From the IMG/VR virus record IMGVR_UViG_3300027659_000009, positions 32,001 through 96,000 of that record: a stretch of 64,000 nt of DNA. One strand, given 5' to 3'. Below the pieces are notes generated by a model. It was given only the letters and a program-made list of their open reading frames with translations, had not been told where the DNA came from and made no database searches. Made by a program: the position numbers and the translations under genes. Positions within the stretch are counted from its first letter, which is position 1; each line of letters starts with the position of its first letter. This DNA is from a virus. Below are positions 49,406-59,513 of the stretch, piece after piece.

Positions 49406-51786
49406 TCTCTCCAATCCTGAAAGTACCCATCGGCAAACTCTACATAAATAACATCATCATTGTTAGTTTGAACCCTCCATTCCGTTGCACTACTAACAGA
49501 ATTATCGAGACTATAATGATGACTATCATCATAAATGTATACGTGGAAACCAAATAGTTTAGATAATATTAATTCAGAATCTGAATAATCAAACCCCATA
49601 GAAAATAAATTGTATATATATGGTGGTTTTAATTTAGATGATACTTTATCAATTAAGTCTTCAGTAACTGATTCGTTTATATCACCCATCGTATGAATCT
49701 GTAGATTCTCAACACCTTTATCGAAATCTGCCCAATCACCATTAGTCCATTCTCTATAAACTAATTCACTATTGTTTTTATTTATAAGTGCAGTACAAGT
49801 TTGTGTTTCACCATCTACCATTAAATCTTTACCGAAAACAATATTGAGTATTGGTACCCATTCAGATACAGATATACCTAAAGATTTTAAGTCAGAAAAA
49901 TATGGTGGGTTAATTATATTTGAAATTTTTTGGTAAAATGTTTTTTTTTTATCGATAGACTCGTTAACTAACTCATTATCACCACCTACCAAATTAACTT
50001 TTAAATTGACACCATTTTCTTCTCCCCACTGTTTAAATTCAATGGCGTGTGGTTCTCTATCTTCCCACATTTCGATCTGATTAACATTAGGGAATCTATT
50101 CAGTAGACTTTTAATAGTATTAATTTTACTAGACAAAGTATCACCATTACCCTTATAGTGGTATTCGTCAAACGATATATTATGTAATAATAATAATTCC
50201 TCTATTTGTTCTGCCTGATGTGGTATTCTACCCGTTAACATTATTACTAAAGTATCTGGATTAGATTTCTCTCTTAGGTAATCTGTAACAGTAGTTTCTA
50301 TAGGTTGTATATCGAATACCGCATCGTCCAAAGATTCAGGTTTACTCCACCATCCTATATGTGGGTATTCTTTACCAGTAAATTCCTCCCATTGTTTCTT
50401 ACCTTCTTCGGGGTGTGGTGTCTTCATTAATGTACCGTCAAAATCGAATATTGAAATCTTATTAATTAGGTTGTAATTTTCTTTTAAAAGTTTTATTTTC
50501 TTATTGTATCTTACACTTTCGTTTAAGTCTAATACACTACCCGAAACCCAATTAGATAATTCATCAATAGGGACAATATGTGTTTGATCATCGTATGTGA
50601 ATTTAACTTTATTGTTTTTAAAGTCGATATCGTTACTGTATAATGATATTATACCATTTCTAGCCATATAATATTCACCTTGTGAAGTAGTATCAGATAT
50701 TTTTTTAAAACCTAACTTATTAAGTAAATCTAAAACATACTTTCTATTTATTATTAACTCCTCTAAGTCTATATCTTCTGATTCAGTAATTTTTTCTATT
50801 GTGGATTTTAATGATCTGTTTAGTTCCGTAATTACATCATTTACACCATCACTATCCATCCATTCACCATAGTAGGCATCCTCCAAACCAACCTCAGGTT
50901 GTATTTCCGCATCTTTTAATTCAGAAAGATTAAGTAGATTCTTTTCTTTTACTATTTCTATTAATTCATCGTATGGTATGTTAATACAATAATTACCGTA
51001 CCTACAACTACTTTTATTGGTGTCGTATTTAATTTCTTCACTATAGGTTTTTCTTACACTATCTTGTCTAGCCCTAGTTACTACAATACTCATCTCACCT
51101 ATGTAATCATCAACCACCCTTTCGTAATATTCTTTAGGTAATACTTTCTCTAAAAAATCGCTAACCTCTGTTTCTACAATACTTTTACCGTCTTTACCTG
51201 GCCATTCAGACAACCCTGACATTATTGCCAAAGTTTCTAAGTGTTCTACTGTTTCATCATTAGTACTGACATAATCGAACTCGGATGTTTCTATATCTTC
51301 ATATGAATCACTGTAAGAACTAAACGCATCGTAATACTTCCATAAGTCATCATCACCTAACCCTGAGAAATAATTTTCCCAGTCATCCCTTTCTAAACTT
51401 ATTGAGATTTTTCCATCCTCAAAATCTAAACATGGGACATCACCAGAATTCGAACATAATTTAAACCACCCTCCGATTAGTGAATCTAATTTATTACGAT
51501 TTTCATCATATAATGTATCAATATAATTATTTAATTCTTGACTATTTAATAAAGATATATTATTCAAAAAATTGAGAAGAGGACCTTCTCTATCTACTTC
51601 CATAGTATCGTAATCGCCAATACCTTTATTATAGTACCAAAGTCTATATAAATCTAATACCTCAGATTTATCCAACCCAAATTCATCTTTAAGTATTTTA
51701 AACACTTGATCCTTATTGGAGGTATCGTCAATTTTTTTATCCAAATAGGAAAGTATTTTTACCTCAAATTTTGTAAGTTTGTCCAT
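49402..51786 (-). CDS. multi-domain protein: acidic domain + HAD phosphatase + two PPY modules
   Basis: IFDFDGTL, GWWS, LTGR, WEDR..H; repeated (N/K)PPY..L..(L/M)G...IL..(V/L)FG. Confidence 0.75.
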   Translation of the reverse strand: MDKLTKFEVKILSYLDKKIDDTSNKDQVFKILKDEFGLDKSEVLDLYRLWYYNKGIGDYDTMEVDREGPLLNFLNNISLLNSQELNNYIDTLYDENRNKLDSLIGGWFKLCSNSGDVPCLDFEDGKISISLERDDWENYFSGLGDDDLWKYYDAFSSYSDSYEDIETSEFDYVSTNDETVEHLETLAIMSGLSEWPGKDGKSIVETEVSDFLEKVLPKEYYERVVDDYIGEMSIVVTRARQDSVRKTYSEEIKYDTNKSSCRYGNYCINIPYDELIEIVKEKNLLNLSELKDAEIQPEVGLEDAYYGEWMDSDGVNDVITELNRSLKSTIEKITESEDIDLEELIINRKYVLDLLNKLGFKKISDTTSQGEYYMARNGIISLYSNDIDFKNNKVKFTYDDQTHIVPIDELSNWVSGSVLDLNESVRYNKKIKLLKENYNLINKISIFDFDGTLMKTPHPEEGKKQWEEFTGKEYPHIGWWSKPESLDDAVFDIQPIETTVTDYLREKSNPDTLVIMLTGRIPHQAEQIEELLLLHNISFDEYHYKGNGDTLSSKINTIKSLLNRFPNVNQIEMWEDREPHAIEFKQWGEENGVNLKVNLVGGDNELVNESIDKKKTFYQKISNIINPPYFSDLKSLGISVSEWVPILNIVFGKDLMVDGETQTCTALINKNNSELVYREWTNGDWADFDKGVENLQIHTMGDINESVTEDLIDKVSSKLKPPYIYNLFSMGFDYSDSELILSKLFGFHVYIYDDSHHYSLDNSVSSATEWRVQTNNDDVIYVEFADGYFQDWRD

Positions 51787-51831
51787 ATTAATAAATATAT
51801 GAAATAAATATTAAAAAAAAAGTATAAAATG

Positions 51832-51863
51832 TTTGGTAGATTGAAAAAAGGTCCTTATATTTG
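51832..51863 (+). promoter_or_regulatory. Bacteroidota sigmaA-type promoter
   Basis: TTTG-N20-TATATTTG. Confidence 0.7.
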
Positions 51864-51883
51864 TAGAAATAAAACTAAAAGAT

Positions 51884-52678
51884 ATGAGTTACTTAAATTT
51901 TAATGAGATTGGACAACGTTGTCCTTCGGCTTTGACACAAGAACCGTCAAACCATTTGTCGAACATTTATCGTTTCATTCCTACTACGGAAGTGATCGAT
52001 TTGTTAGGTGAGCAGGGTTGGTTACCCACACAGGCAATGCAAACTCGTTCTCGTAAGGGATATGAGTCAAAGATGCCATTTAAAAAACATATGTTACGTT
52101 TCAGAAATGAAAATAACATTAACATCGCCAGAGAGATTGGGGACACACACCCAGAAATCCTTTTGACGAATTCACACGATGGTTCATCATCGTTTAAGTT
52201 TCACGTTGGTTTATTCCGTTTGGTGTGTTCTAATGGATTGGTTATTGCCGATAAGACTTTTGATGAGTTTCGTGTAATGCACAAAGGGTTTCAAAAAGAA
52301 GACATCCTTAAAGTTGTTAATATGACAACAGAAAAAATTCCTATGGTAGTAGGTAGAGTTCAAGATATGATGTCTAAAGAAATGTCTATGACACAACAGT
52401 ACGACTTCGCTAAGATGGTTGCTGACAACTATTGGGGTGAAGATAAAATGATTGATGTGAATCAGATGCTTAAGGTTCGTAGAATTGAGGACTCTGGATC
52501 CGATTTGTGGAGTGTATTCAATAGAGTACAGGAGAATGTCTTACAAGGTGGTATTATTACAATCACACCGAAAGATAATGGTAATCTTCGTAGATCACGA
52601 AGTAGAGCAATTCGATCAATCGATCAGAACATTGAGGTTAATAAAATGTTATGGGGAATGTCAGAGTTAGTTTTGTAA
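51884..52678 (+). CDS. DUF932/DUF945 family protein
   Basis: Y.FIPT, KHMLRFR, NSHDGSS, G.FRLVCSNGL, LW.VFNRVQEN. Confidence 0.9.
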   Translation: MSYLNFNEIGQRCPSALTQEPSNHLSNIYRFIPTTEVIDLLGEQGWLPTQAMQTRSRKGYESKMPFKKHMLRFRNENNINIAREIGDTHPEILLTNSHDGSSSFKFHVGLFRLVCSNGLVIADKTFDEFRVMHKGFQKEDILKVVNMTTEKIPMVVGRVQDMMSKEMSMTQQYDFAKMVADNYWGEDKMIDVNQMLKVRRIEDSGSDLWSVFNRVQENVLQGGIITITPKDNGNLRRSRSRAIRSIDQNIEVNKMLWGMSELVL

Positions 52679-52787
52679 TAGGTAGTTGTTTTTTTGTTAA
52701 AGGTGGGGGACTTATCCCCCATTTTTTTTTAATATAATACTGACTTTTACAAAGAAACATATATTTATAATAAAAAAGTTTGGAATT

Positions 52788-53387
52788 ATGATAGAGTTAA
52801 TTATTGCTTTCATAACAGGTGTTATCAGCCCAATCACTATACTGTTATTTAAAAATTGGTTAGATAAGAAAAAGAAACCTGATATGGTGGCGGATACACT
52901 AGAATTAGGTGAGGTTGTGACACATAAAATAGAAGAAATTAGAGAAGAAATAGGTGCAGATAGAGTTTGGTTGATACAGTTCCACAATGGAGGACATTTT
53001 TACCCAACAGGTAAATCGATGGCAAAATTCTCAATGATATATGAAACAGTTAATATCAAAGTAAATTCTATACAAAATAATTTTCAAAATATACCTGTTA
53101 GTTTATTCTCAAAATCGATAAATGAACTATTAAAGAATGACATAATAGAGATAACCGATTTTAAAGACGAAACAGTATTGACATTTGGGTTAAAGCACAT
53201 TGGAGAAGAATATGGATGTAAATCGGGATATTTATTCTCAATAAAAACTATCGATGACAAGTTTATTGGTATATTAGGTGTAGACTATACGGGAGAGAGA
53301 AGGACACTTAGTGATGACATCATCAATAGGTTATCGGTTAAAGCAACATCAATTGGAGGTGTGTTGATGAATCATCTGAAATCGTAA
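52788..53387 (+). CDS. N-terminal TM + GAF-like domain protein (T4 holin T-like candidate)
   Basis: TM helix; ADRV...FHNGG; IGILGVDY. Confidence 0.55.
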   Translation: MIELIIAFITGVISPITILLFKNWLDKKKKPDMVADTLELGEVVTHKIEEIREEIGADRVWLIQFHNGGHFYPTGKSMAKFSMIYETVNIKVNSIQNNFQNIPVSLFSKSINELLKNDIIEITDFKDETVLTFGLKHIGEEYGCKSGYLFSIKTIDDKFIGILGVDYTGERRTLSDDIINRLSVKATSIGGVLMNHLKS

Positions 53388-53853
53388 ACCAGTTAGGAAC
53401 ATCTCTATTTTTCCACTTAGCAAAATCCTTTTTAAAATCAATGTAATACTTCCTATATGAAAGAATAGGGTTATTATCTATTTTACATTCATCTGGCATC
53501 GCCAATTTAAAATCTGTAACACTACCATTCTCTTTGATATTAGGTATGTTTAGAAGACACCATTCGATTATCTCTTGTGACTTATGTTTCTTACCATAAC
53601 GGTAAGTATATTCCTCACACAACTCTAAACCTAAATCACACAACCAAACATAGTTTTCAACACACTCTCTAGCCCAAATGGAACAAGGGTGATTTTTATG
53701 TGATAGTTTATATGAGATCATACGTTGACTATCAGTCATATGGTGTACACCACATAAAAGTTGTGCCGTCTCTAAAATCATTTTTACTACGTGTTTATCA
53801 CAGTGCATCTGCGCACACGACTTAGGGTCGTAATCCAAAACAAAAATATTCAT
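53338..53853 (-). CDS. pyrimidine-dimer DNA glycosylase / endonuclease V family
   Basis: MNIF.LD, DKHVVKMILE.AQLL, H.NHPCS.W, EY..RYGK.H, AMP. Confidence 0.85.
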   Translation of the reverse strand: MNIFVLDYDPKSCAQMHCDKHVVKMILETAQLLCGVHHMTDSQRMISYKLSHKNHPCSIWARECVENYVWLCDLGLELCEEYTYRYGKKHKSQEIIEWCLLNIPNIKENGSVTDFKLAMPDECKIDNNPILSYRKYYIDFKKDFAKWKNRDVPNWFTISDDSSTHLQLMLL

Positions 53854-53855
53854 AG

Positions 53856-54065
53856 TTACAAATTTACAATTTCTTCTTCCACTACACCATCGTTGATTCT
53901 GTAGTAACTTCCAGTTTTCCTAACTTCACCTTCTTTAATACCAATTAATCCTTCCCATTTTCCATCAGGAAATTTGCATAGGTAAAATTTTGTAAATTGA
54001 TCACCGTGTGTTTTTTCTAAAACAGTCTTTAATTCTAATATTAACTCACTTACAGTCTTTTCCAT
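53856..54065 (-). CDS. hypothetical protein
   Basis: 69-aa ORF; minus-strand ATATTTAT at 54080. Confidence 0.55.
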   Translation of the reverse strand: MEKTVSELILELKTVLEKTHGDQFTKFYLCKFPDGKWEGLIGIKEGEVRKTGSYYRINDGVVEEEIVNL

Positions 54066-54162
54066 AAAACATTTATTTTATAAATATCAACAAATATACT
54101 ATTAATTTTTAAAAATACAAACGATTATTGATTTTTTTAATAAAAATCCATATAATTGTAAT

Positions 54163-54582
54163 ATGGAAAATGAAGGAGTAACAAACTCAGTGATTAGATT
54201 CATTAATAAAAATGGTGAACTAACTCCACAATACTTATCCGATATGAAAGATAAAATATCTGTGTTAAGGGATTTAAGGGAAAAGATTGATAGTGCGTTG
54301 GATAGACTAAAAATTAATATCATAAAAAGTAGTACACACTTATTAATTGATAAGATACATAGAGGTGATATTGAAACCAGTTTAAAAATTTTAGAGAACA
54401 CTAGAGATAGATCAGTATTTTATGATTTCATCACATTATTTGATGAGTTAGTAGTATTAAATGAACAGTATCTACAAAAGTATGAGAATGAATATTCAGA
54501 TATTAAAGACATTAAAGATAATTTGGGGTTGAATGATTATAAATTGTACAAAATAATTAATGAGATAAGTTTGGATAAGTAA
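54163..54582 (+). CDS. hypothetical protein
   Basis: 139-aa ORF. Confidence 0.55.
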   Translation: MENEGVTNSVIRFINKNGELTPQYLSDMKDKISVLRDLREKIDSALDRLKINIIKSSTHLLIDKIHRGDIETSLKILENTRDRSVFYDFITLFDELVVLNEQYLQKYENEYSDIKDIKDNLGLNDYKLYKIINEISLDK

Positions 54583-54618
54583 AATATTATTTCTATATTT
54601 GTTTCAAATAACACAATT

Positions 54619-54894
54619 ATGGAAAATAATCCTTTGAAAAGTGAAAGAGTGAAAAAGTTTTTAGAGAAGTTTTATCCATCCAAAACAGATAAATTAGGAT
54701 TACCTTCTTTAATTACAGTAAATGATAGAGATCATACATTGACTTGTTCTATCGATAGATCTTATTTGAAAAGAATTATAATTGTAGAACTAATAAAAAA
54801 TTTTGGTTATGATAAGGAACAATCCAATACCATTGCGGAGTTCTATTGTGACGAAAAATATGAAATTTATAAAAAAATAATATTATCGTTATGA
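54619..54894 (+). CDS. hypothetical protein
   Basis: promoter TTTG-N20-TATATTTG at 54570-54601. Confidence 0.55.
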   Translation: MENNPLKSERVKKFLEKFYPSKTDKLGLPSLITVNDRDHTLTCSIDRSYLKRIIIVELIKNFGYDKEQSNTIAEFYCDEKYEIYKKIILSL

Positions 54895-55214
54895 AAGATT
54901 TTTATTTTTCAGATGAAGAAGATGAAAAAAATTTTTTAAAAAATCAAAAATGGTTAATACATAGTTTGATTATTGAAGGAGTGAAACAGTCAATCAAAGA
55001 AAGGTTAGATGAAATAGTTTTATTTAGGATTATCAACCCAATCAGTAACTTTATTATGGTTTCAGAATTAAAGAAGGATGATTGGGAATCTAGTCTTAGT
55101 AAAAGTTTAGAGTATTTTGAATCTGTTGAGGAGTATGAGAAGTGTGCGGACATTAAAAAACTTTTAAAAAAAATAAAAAATGGGAATAATAGAATTATTG
55201 AAGGCAAAAAATAA
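54891..55214 (+). CDS. protein with UVR-like C-terminal motif
   Basis: YFESVEEYEKCADIK. Confidence 0.55.
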   Translation: MKDFYFSDEEDEKNFLKNQKWLIHSLIIEGVKQSIKERLDEIVLFRIINPISNFIMVSELKKDDWESSLSKSLEYFESVEEYEKCADIKKLLKKIKNGNNRIIEGKK

Positions 55215-55371
55215 ATGTGTTAGAGTTATTGAAAGTTGTATTACATTAGAACAACTTAAGGTTGCCAAAAAATATGCAGAACTTTACAATAAAAAGTATG
55301 AAGACTTTTTGGGTTATAATATGTTAATAAGAAAAATAAATAAAAATGAAGAGAGCCTTAACTTACGATGA
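55180..55371 (+). CDS. hypothetical protein
   Basis: VIESC.T.EQL..A.KY. Confidence 0.55.
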   Translation: MGIIELLKAKNKCVRVIESCITLEQLKVAKKYAELYNKKYEDFLGYNMLIRKINKNEESLNLR

Positions 55372-56416
55372 TATTCTATTAGTACCTAAGTACTCAGAAA
55401 TAGAAACCAGAGGTAGTATTAATTTAACCACATTGGTTAGTAGAAGATATGGAATCCTACAACCATATGTCGCATCTTGTATGGATACAGTATGTGGGTA
55501 TGAGATGGCAATTAAAATGGTTGAATTAGGTGGTGTTGGTTGTATACATAGATTTATGACTGTTGACAAACAATGTGAACAAGTATCTAAAGTTTTGGAA
55601 TATATAACTAATAACCATATGTACGAAGAATGGGGAGTTATGTACGATGATTGGCACTCAGAAATTCCCAATATCCCAGTTATGGCTGCGGTAGGTATTA
55701 GTGAGTCTGACATTGAACGTGCTAAACGATTGGTAAGTTGTGGGGTTAATATCATTCTGATTGATGTGGCTCACGGACATCATATAAATGTTAAAAAGAT
55801 GATAAAGTCTTTAAGGGAATCACTACCTTCTAAAGTTGATATCATTGCGGGTAACATTTCTACTGAAGAATCGGCAATTGATTTATGTGAGTGGGGTGTC
55901 GATGGATTAAGAGTTGGTATTGGCGGTGGTAGTTTGTGTACCACCAGAATTCAAACAGGTCACGGTGTACCCAATATAACATCTATAATTGATTGTGTTA
56001 AGGGATCTAAAGTACCTGTTATGGCGGATGGTGGTATCAGAAGTAGTGGTGACATTGCAAAGGCATTATCAATTGGTGCAGATTGTGTAATGTTAGGTTC
56101 ACTATTGGCTGGCACCAAAGAATCACCAGGTAAAATTATTACGAATGGTGATGGAATTCTATGTAAAAAATATAGAGGTTCCGCTAGTTTAGAAACTAAA
56201 TCATCTCACGGTCAATCAACAAAACACGTAGAGGGTGAGTCTACATTAATACCTTATAAAGGTAGTGTTGATATTGTTATAGAGAAATTAACAGATGGTG
56301 TTAAGTCAGCACTTTCTTATAGTGGATCAAACACTATCAAAACTTTCCAATTAAAATCTGAGATAGTTGAGATTACACCATCTGGTATGGTAGAGTCTAA
56401 ACCACACTTGCTTTGA
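55346..56416 (+). CDS. guaB: IMP dehydrogenase / GMP reductase family (no CBS domains)
   Basis: LTYDDILLVP, MDTV, IDVAHGH, GIGGGSLCTTR, ADGGIR, MLGSLLAG. Confidence 0.8.
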   Translation: MKRALTYDDILLVPKYSEIETRGSINLTTLVSRRYGILQPYVASCMDTVCGYEMAIKMVELGGVGCIHRFMTVDKQCEQVSKVLEYITNNHMYEEWGVMYDDWHSEIPNIPVMAAVGISESDIERAKRLVSCGVNIILIDVAHGHHINVKKMIKSLRESLPSKVDIIAGNISTEESAIDLCEWGVDGLRVGIGGGSLCTTRIQTGHGVPNITSIIDCVKGSKVPVMADGGIRSSGDIAKALSIGADCVMLGSLLAGTKESPGKIITNGDGILCKKYRGSASLETKSSHGQSTKHVEGESTLIPYKGSVDIVIEKLTDGVKSALSYSGSNTIKTFQLKSEIVEITPSGMVESKPHLL

Positions 56417-56435
56417 AAAATGGGACTTAAGGAAG

Positions 56436-57227
56436 TTATAGTTCTTCTAAATTAATAATTTTAGAACCCAAACCCTTATTCTTTAACGTAATTTCTTCTT
56501 CGTGTGGGAATAGAATGTTATTAGATAACGTTTCTAAAACATCCATATTAGTTTTGTCGACATCTACAGTCACTAAAAATACTTTATCACCCATACAACT
56601 ACCTTGTATGGATCCTCTACCGTAGTGATTTTTAACTAAATTATTTTTGTTAAGTGAATAGTGTGAACCAACATATTCCTTATCTATGTTGACTATATCA
56701 TCACTACATACTATTCTATATAATCTTAGAGTTTTTGGTAAACTATTTAAATACGAAACTAAGTCAATTAAATCATCCTTTGCACTTTCTTCATCATAAC
56801 CCATATTTTCATAATCTGAAAGTAAATCATTAATCTCTGTTTTACTTAGTTTATATTTTTTACTATTATCTACATTTTCATTTATAGTATCATTTGGAAG
56901 TAATGGTTCGTAATATTTTTTATAGATTTCAGGCATCAAAAAATATAAAACAAATTCTAATGGTGAATCAGAATTTTCAGTAACTTTAAAATCGTCATAT
57001 GCTATACCAATTAATATAGAGAAAACACTTCCAATCTGCCCAAAATTGAGGTGTTTAAACTTTAATACGTTTTCTAAAAAATTATAATCAACCTTTAAGG
57101 GAGTCCTAACACATTTACTTTTAGTATTACATATGTTAATGAGATTATCCTCATCTAAATAGGTATATTTATTTACTATAAATTTACTTAGTTTTTTGTA
57201 GTATTTTGGATAGTTTTTTTCGTTCAT
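56436..57227 (-). CDS. hypothetical protein; C-terminal ADP-ribosyltransferase-like R-S-E motif
   Basis: LRLYR...GSHYS...HEEEITL; minus-strand ATATTTAT at 57256. Confidence 0.45.
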   Translation of the reverse strand: MNEKNYPKYYKKLSKFIVNKYTYLDEDNLINICNTKSKCVRTPLKVDYNFLENVLKFKHLNFGQIGSVFSILIGIAYDDFKVTENSDSPLEFVLYFLMPEIYKKYYEPLLPNDTINENVDNSKKYKLSKTEINDLLSDYENMGYDEESAKDDLIDLVSYLNSLPKTLRLYRIVCSDDIVNIDKEYVGSHYSLNKNNLVKNHYGRGSIQGSCMGDKVFLVTVDVDKTNMDVLETLSNNILFPHEEEITLKNKGLGSKIINLEEL

Positions 57228-57292
57228 TTCGTTTAAAAATACTTTATATATTAAAATAAATATCTATAATTGTAATAAAATGGTGTATAAAT

Positions 57293-57706
57293 ATGGAGAT
57301 TCTTAACACTCACCCAATTAAAAAATCCGACTTAGGGTTTCACGGAAATTTATTTGGTGGGAAATTGTTGGCTTGGATAGATGCCTCTGCTGCAGGTTAT
57401 GCGATGCAACTATGTGATACACCCAGAATGGTTACCGTCAGTATTGATCAATGTAATTTTGAGAAACCAGTCAAAGAAAGTCAATTACTTAAGATATATG
57501 CTAAACCGACTAAAGTTGGTACTACATCGGTGACTATTTATATGGAGGCTAGGGCACATAATGTTTATACAGGTAAACAAGATTTAGTACTTAAAACTAA
57601 CATCACTTTTGTTCAAATAGACGAGGGTGCTAACCCAATACCTTTAGGTGAAAAGGCTAAAAAACGTATAAAAAATATGTTTGATACAGAAACATCTGAA
57701 AAGTAA
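57293..57706 (+). CDS. acyl-CoA thioesterase (hotdog fold)
   Basis: HGNLFGGKLLAWID, VTV, F..PV, VG.TS. Confidence 0.9.
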   Translation: MEILNTHPIKKSDLGFHGNLFGGKLLAWIDASAAGYAMQLCDTPRMVTVSIDQCNFEKPVKESQLLKIYAKPTKVGTTSVTIYMEARAHNVYTGKQDLVLKTNITFVQIDEGANPIPLGEKAKKRIKNMFDTETSEK

Positions 57707-57769
57707 TTTATATTATTTGTTTTTCATAAAAAAATATACTATATTTGTCTAAATAATAAAAAAATAAAA

Positions 57770-58279
57770 ATGGATGTAGAGGAAATTAATTTTAGTAGTC
57801 GTTCTCAGTTAAAATTTTATGACGAACATAAAGATTTGGCTTATCAGACTGTTAAGAAATATCTTAAGGATGACTTTGACATTGACGATGTAGTACAATC
57901 TGGATTTATGAAAATATTCACCAAACCTGAACACATAAATAATAGAAAAAATTTAAGAGGTTATCTTTATGTAATGTTTAAGAATCGTTCAATAGATTTT
58001 ATCAGAAATAAAAAATATAATGTCGAATATGTTGATAGTATAACTGGTGATATTATTGAAGGTGTTGAATATAAAGAAGAGATGTTATCTGATATTGAGA
58101 TTGAGATGTATAAACTTAGTCCTACGTACCATTTAGTTTTTAAATGTTATCATATAGAAAATATGTCACATAAAGATATATCAGAAAAATTAGGTATATG
58201 TGAAGGTACTTCTAAATCTAATTTACATAGGGCTACTAAAAAAATACAAAAAAAATTAAAAGATAAAATATATGAATAA
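57770..58279 (+). CDS. ECF-type RNA polymerase sigma factor
   Basis: DDVVQ.GF.K, N..ID..R, SHK.I...LGI.EGTSKSNL.RA; promoter at 57716-57747. Confidence 0.85.
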   Translation: MDVEEINFSSRSQLKFYDEHKDLAYQTVKKYLKDDFDIDDVVQSGFMKIFTKPEHINNRKNLRGYLYVMFKNRSIDFIRNKKYNVEYVDSITGDIIEGVEYKEEMLSDIEIEMYKLSPTYHLVFKCYHIENMSHKDISEKLGICEGTSKSNLHRATKKIQKKLKDKIYE

Positions 58280-58397
58280 AATGTTAATTATCGTAGGGAT
58301 ACTTTTATTAAGTTCTTGCGCATCTACAAAAAAAACCGAATGTGAAGCATACGGTAAAAGTACTGAAACAAAAATAGAATCTAATAAGTCAAAATAA
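58272..58397 (+). CDS. 41-aa lipoprotein (absent from ORF track)
   Basis: MNKMLIIVGILLLSSC lipobox; CEAY. Confidence 0.6.
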   Translation: MNKMLIIVGILLLSSCASTKKTECEAYGKSTETKIESNKSK

Positions 58398-58401
58398 AAA
58401 T

Positions 58402-58641
58402 ATGATAGATAAAATTTTAGAATGGTTTCCTGAAGAAGATATTCTTAAGGCAGATGGTTTCGATGAGGCAATCATAGGTATTGAAACTAATGAAATGAGG
58501 TTAATTTACTCAGTCAGTAAGTGTATACAAATACTATGTAGAGATATGAACGAAGAGGAGGCAGTAGAATTCTTCGACTTCAATGTAAGAGGTAGTTACG
58601 TTGGTGATAAAACACCAATATGGTGTGTAGATGATCTTTAA
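58402..58641 (+). CDS. conserved phage hypothetical protein
   Basis: ADGFDEAIIG...EAVEFFDFNV.G.YVG..TP. Confidence 0.7.
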   Translation: MIDKILEWFPEEDILKADGFDEAIIGIETNEMRLIYSVSKCIQILCRDMNEEEAVEFFDFNVRGSYVGDKTPIWCVDDL

Positions 58642-58760
58642 ATAAACGTTAGACTTTGATTCAGTTTGGGTTAATAGTTGTAAATTTTTTAGTATTAAAT
58701 AATTATTTTACGATTTTAAGATATTTATAGGATAATAATATACAACTAAAAAAAACTATT

Positions 58761-58931
58761 ATGAGTAAAGAACAAATTTTGGGACTTATTAGACACATCT
58801 TAACTTCTGTTGGTGGTGCGATATTAATGTTAGGTTATTTTGATGAGACATTGGTTACTGAGGTAACAGGTGGATTGATGACTGCGATTGGTTTCGTATG
58901 GTCAGTTATAGACAAGCATAAAGCGTCTTAA
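58761..58931 (+). CDS. small two-TM holin-like protein (absent from ORF track)
   Basis: MSKEQILGLIRHILTSVGG...IGFVWSVIDK; ATATTTAT at 58721. Confidence 0.65.
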   Translation: MSKEQILGLIRHILTSVGGAILMLGYFDETLVTEVTGGLMTAIGFVWSVIDKHKAS

Positions 58932-59018
58932 GAATAAAAAAGTCATATTTTTTAAATCCATATGAAAGTGTGGATTTTTTATTTTTATGTGGTATTTATA
59001 TGTATTAACTTATTATAA

Positions 59019-59498
59019 ATGGAAAATTTAAATGAAGAACTGAAAAGAATCAAAAAATTAATGTTATTTGAGTCTTCTGAAGTTAAAGATGATACTGAAA
59101 CAGATACTGAGGAAACTGAAGACGTTACTAACGATTCTGATCCAGGTGATAAAAATTTTATAATTCATGATGATACTACTATAAAAGTTTCTGGTGGTTG
59201 GTTAAAGGATAATAAAAACAGAATTGGTTGTGTTAAAGTTGATGCTGGTTGGTTGGGTGGTACTTTTGCACAAGGCATAAAAAAATTAATCCAAAGGTTG
59301 AAAGGTAATGTTGTTGCAATGCCACAGAATGCAATTGATTTATACGATGAAATTGAATTAAGTAAGTCTGAGAAAGAAATTTTAATAAAAAAATGGAAAG
59401 ATAATGAGGTTTTTGTTAAAAAACAGAATGGTGCGGAAATTCATATAGGTAGATCAAAGGAATTAACAAACTTCTGTAAAAAAGAGTGGGCTAAATAA
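59019..59498 (+). CDS. hypothetical protein with leader
   Basis: MENLNEELKRIKKLMLFE. Confidence 0.65.
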   Translation: MENLNEELKRIKKLMLFESSEVKDDTETDTEETEDVTNDSDPGDKNFIIHDDTTIKVSGGWLKDNKNRIGCVKVDAGWLGGTFAQGIKKLIQRLKGNVVAMPQNAIDLYDEIELSKSEKEILIKKWKDNEVFVKKQNGAEIHIGRSKELTNFCKKEWAK

Positions 59499-59513
59499 CA
59501 TATTACAACATTT

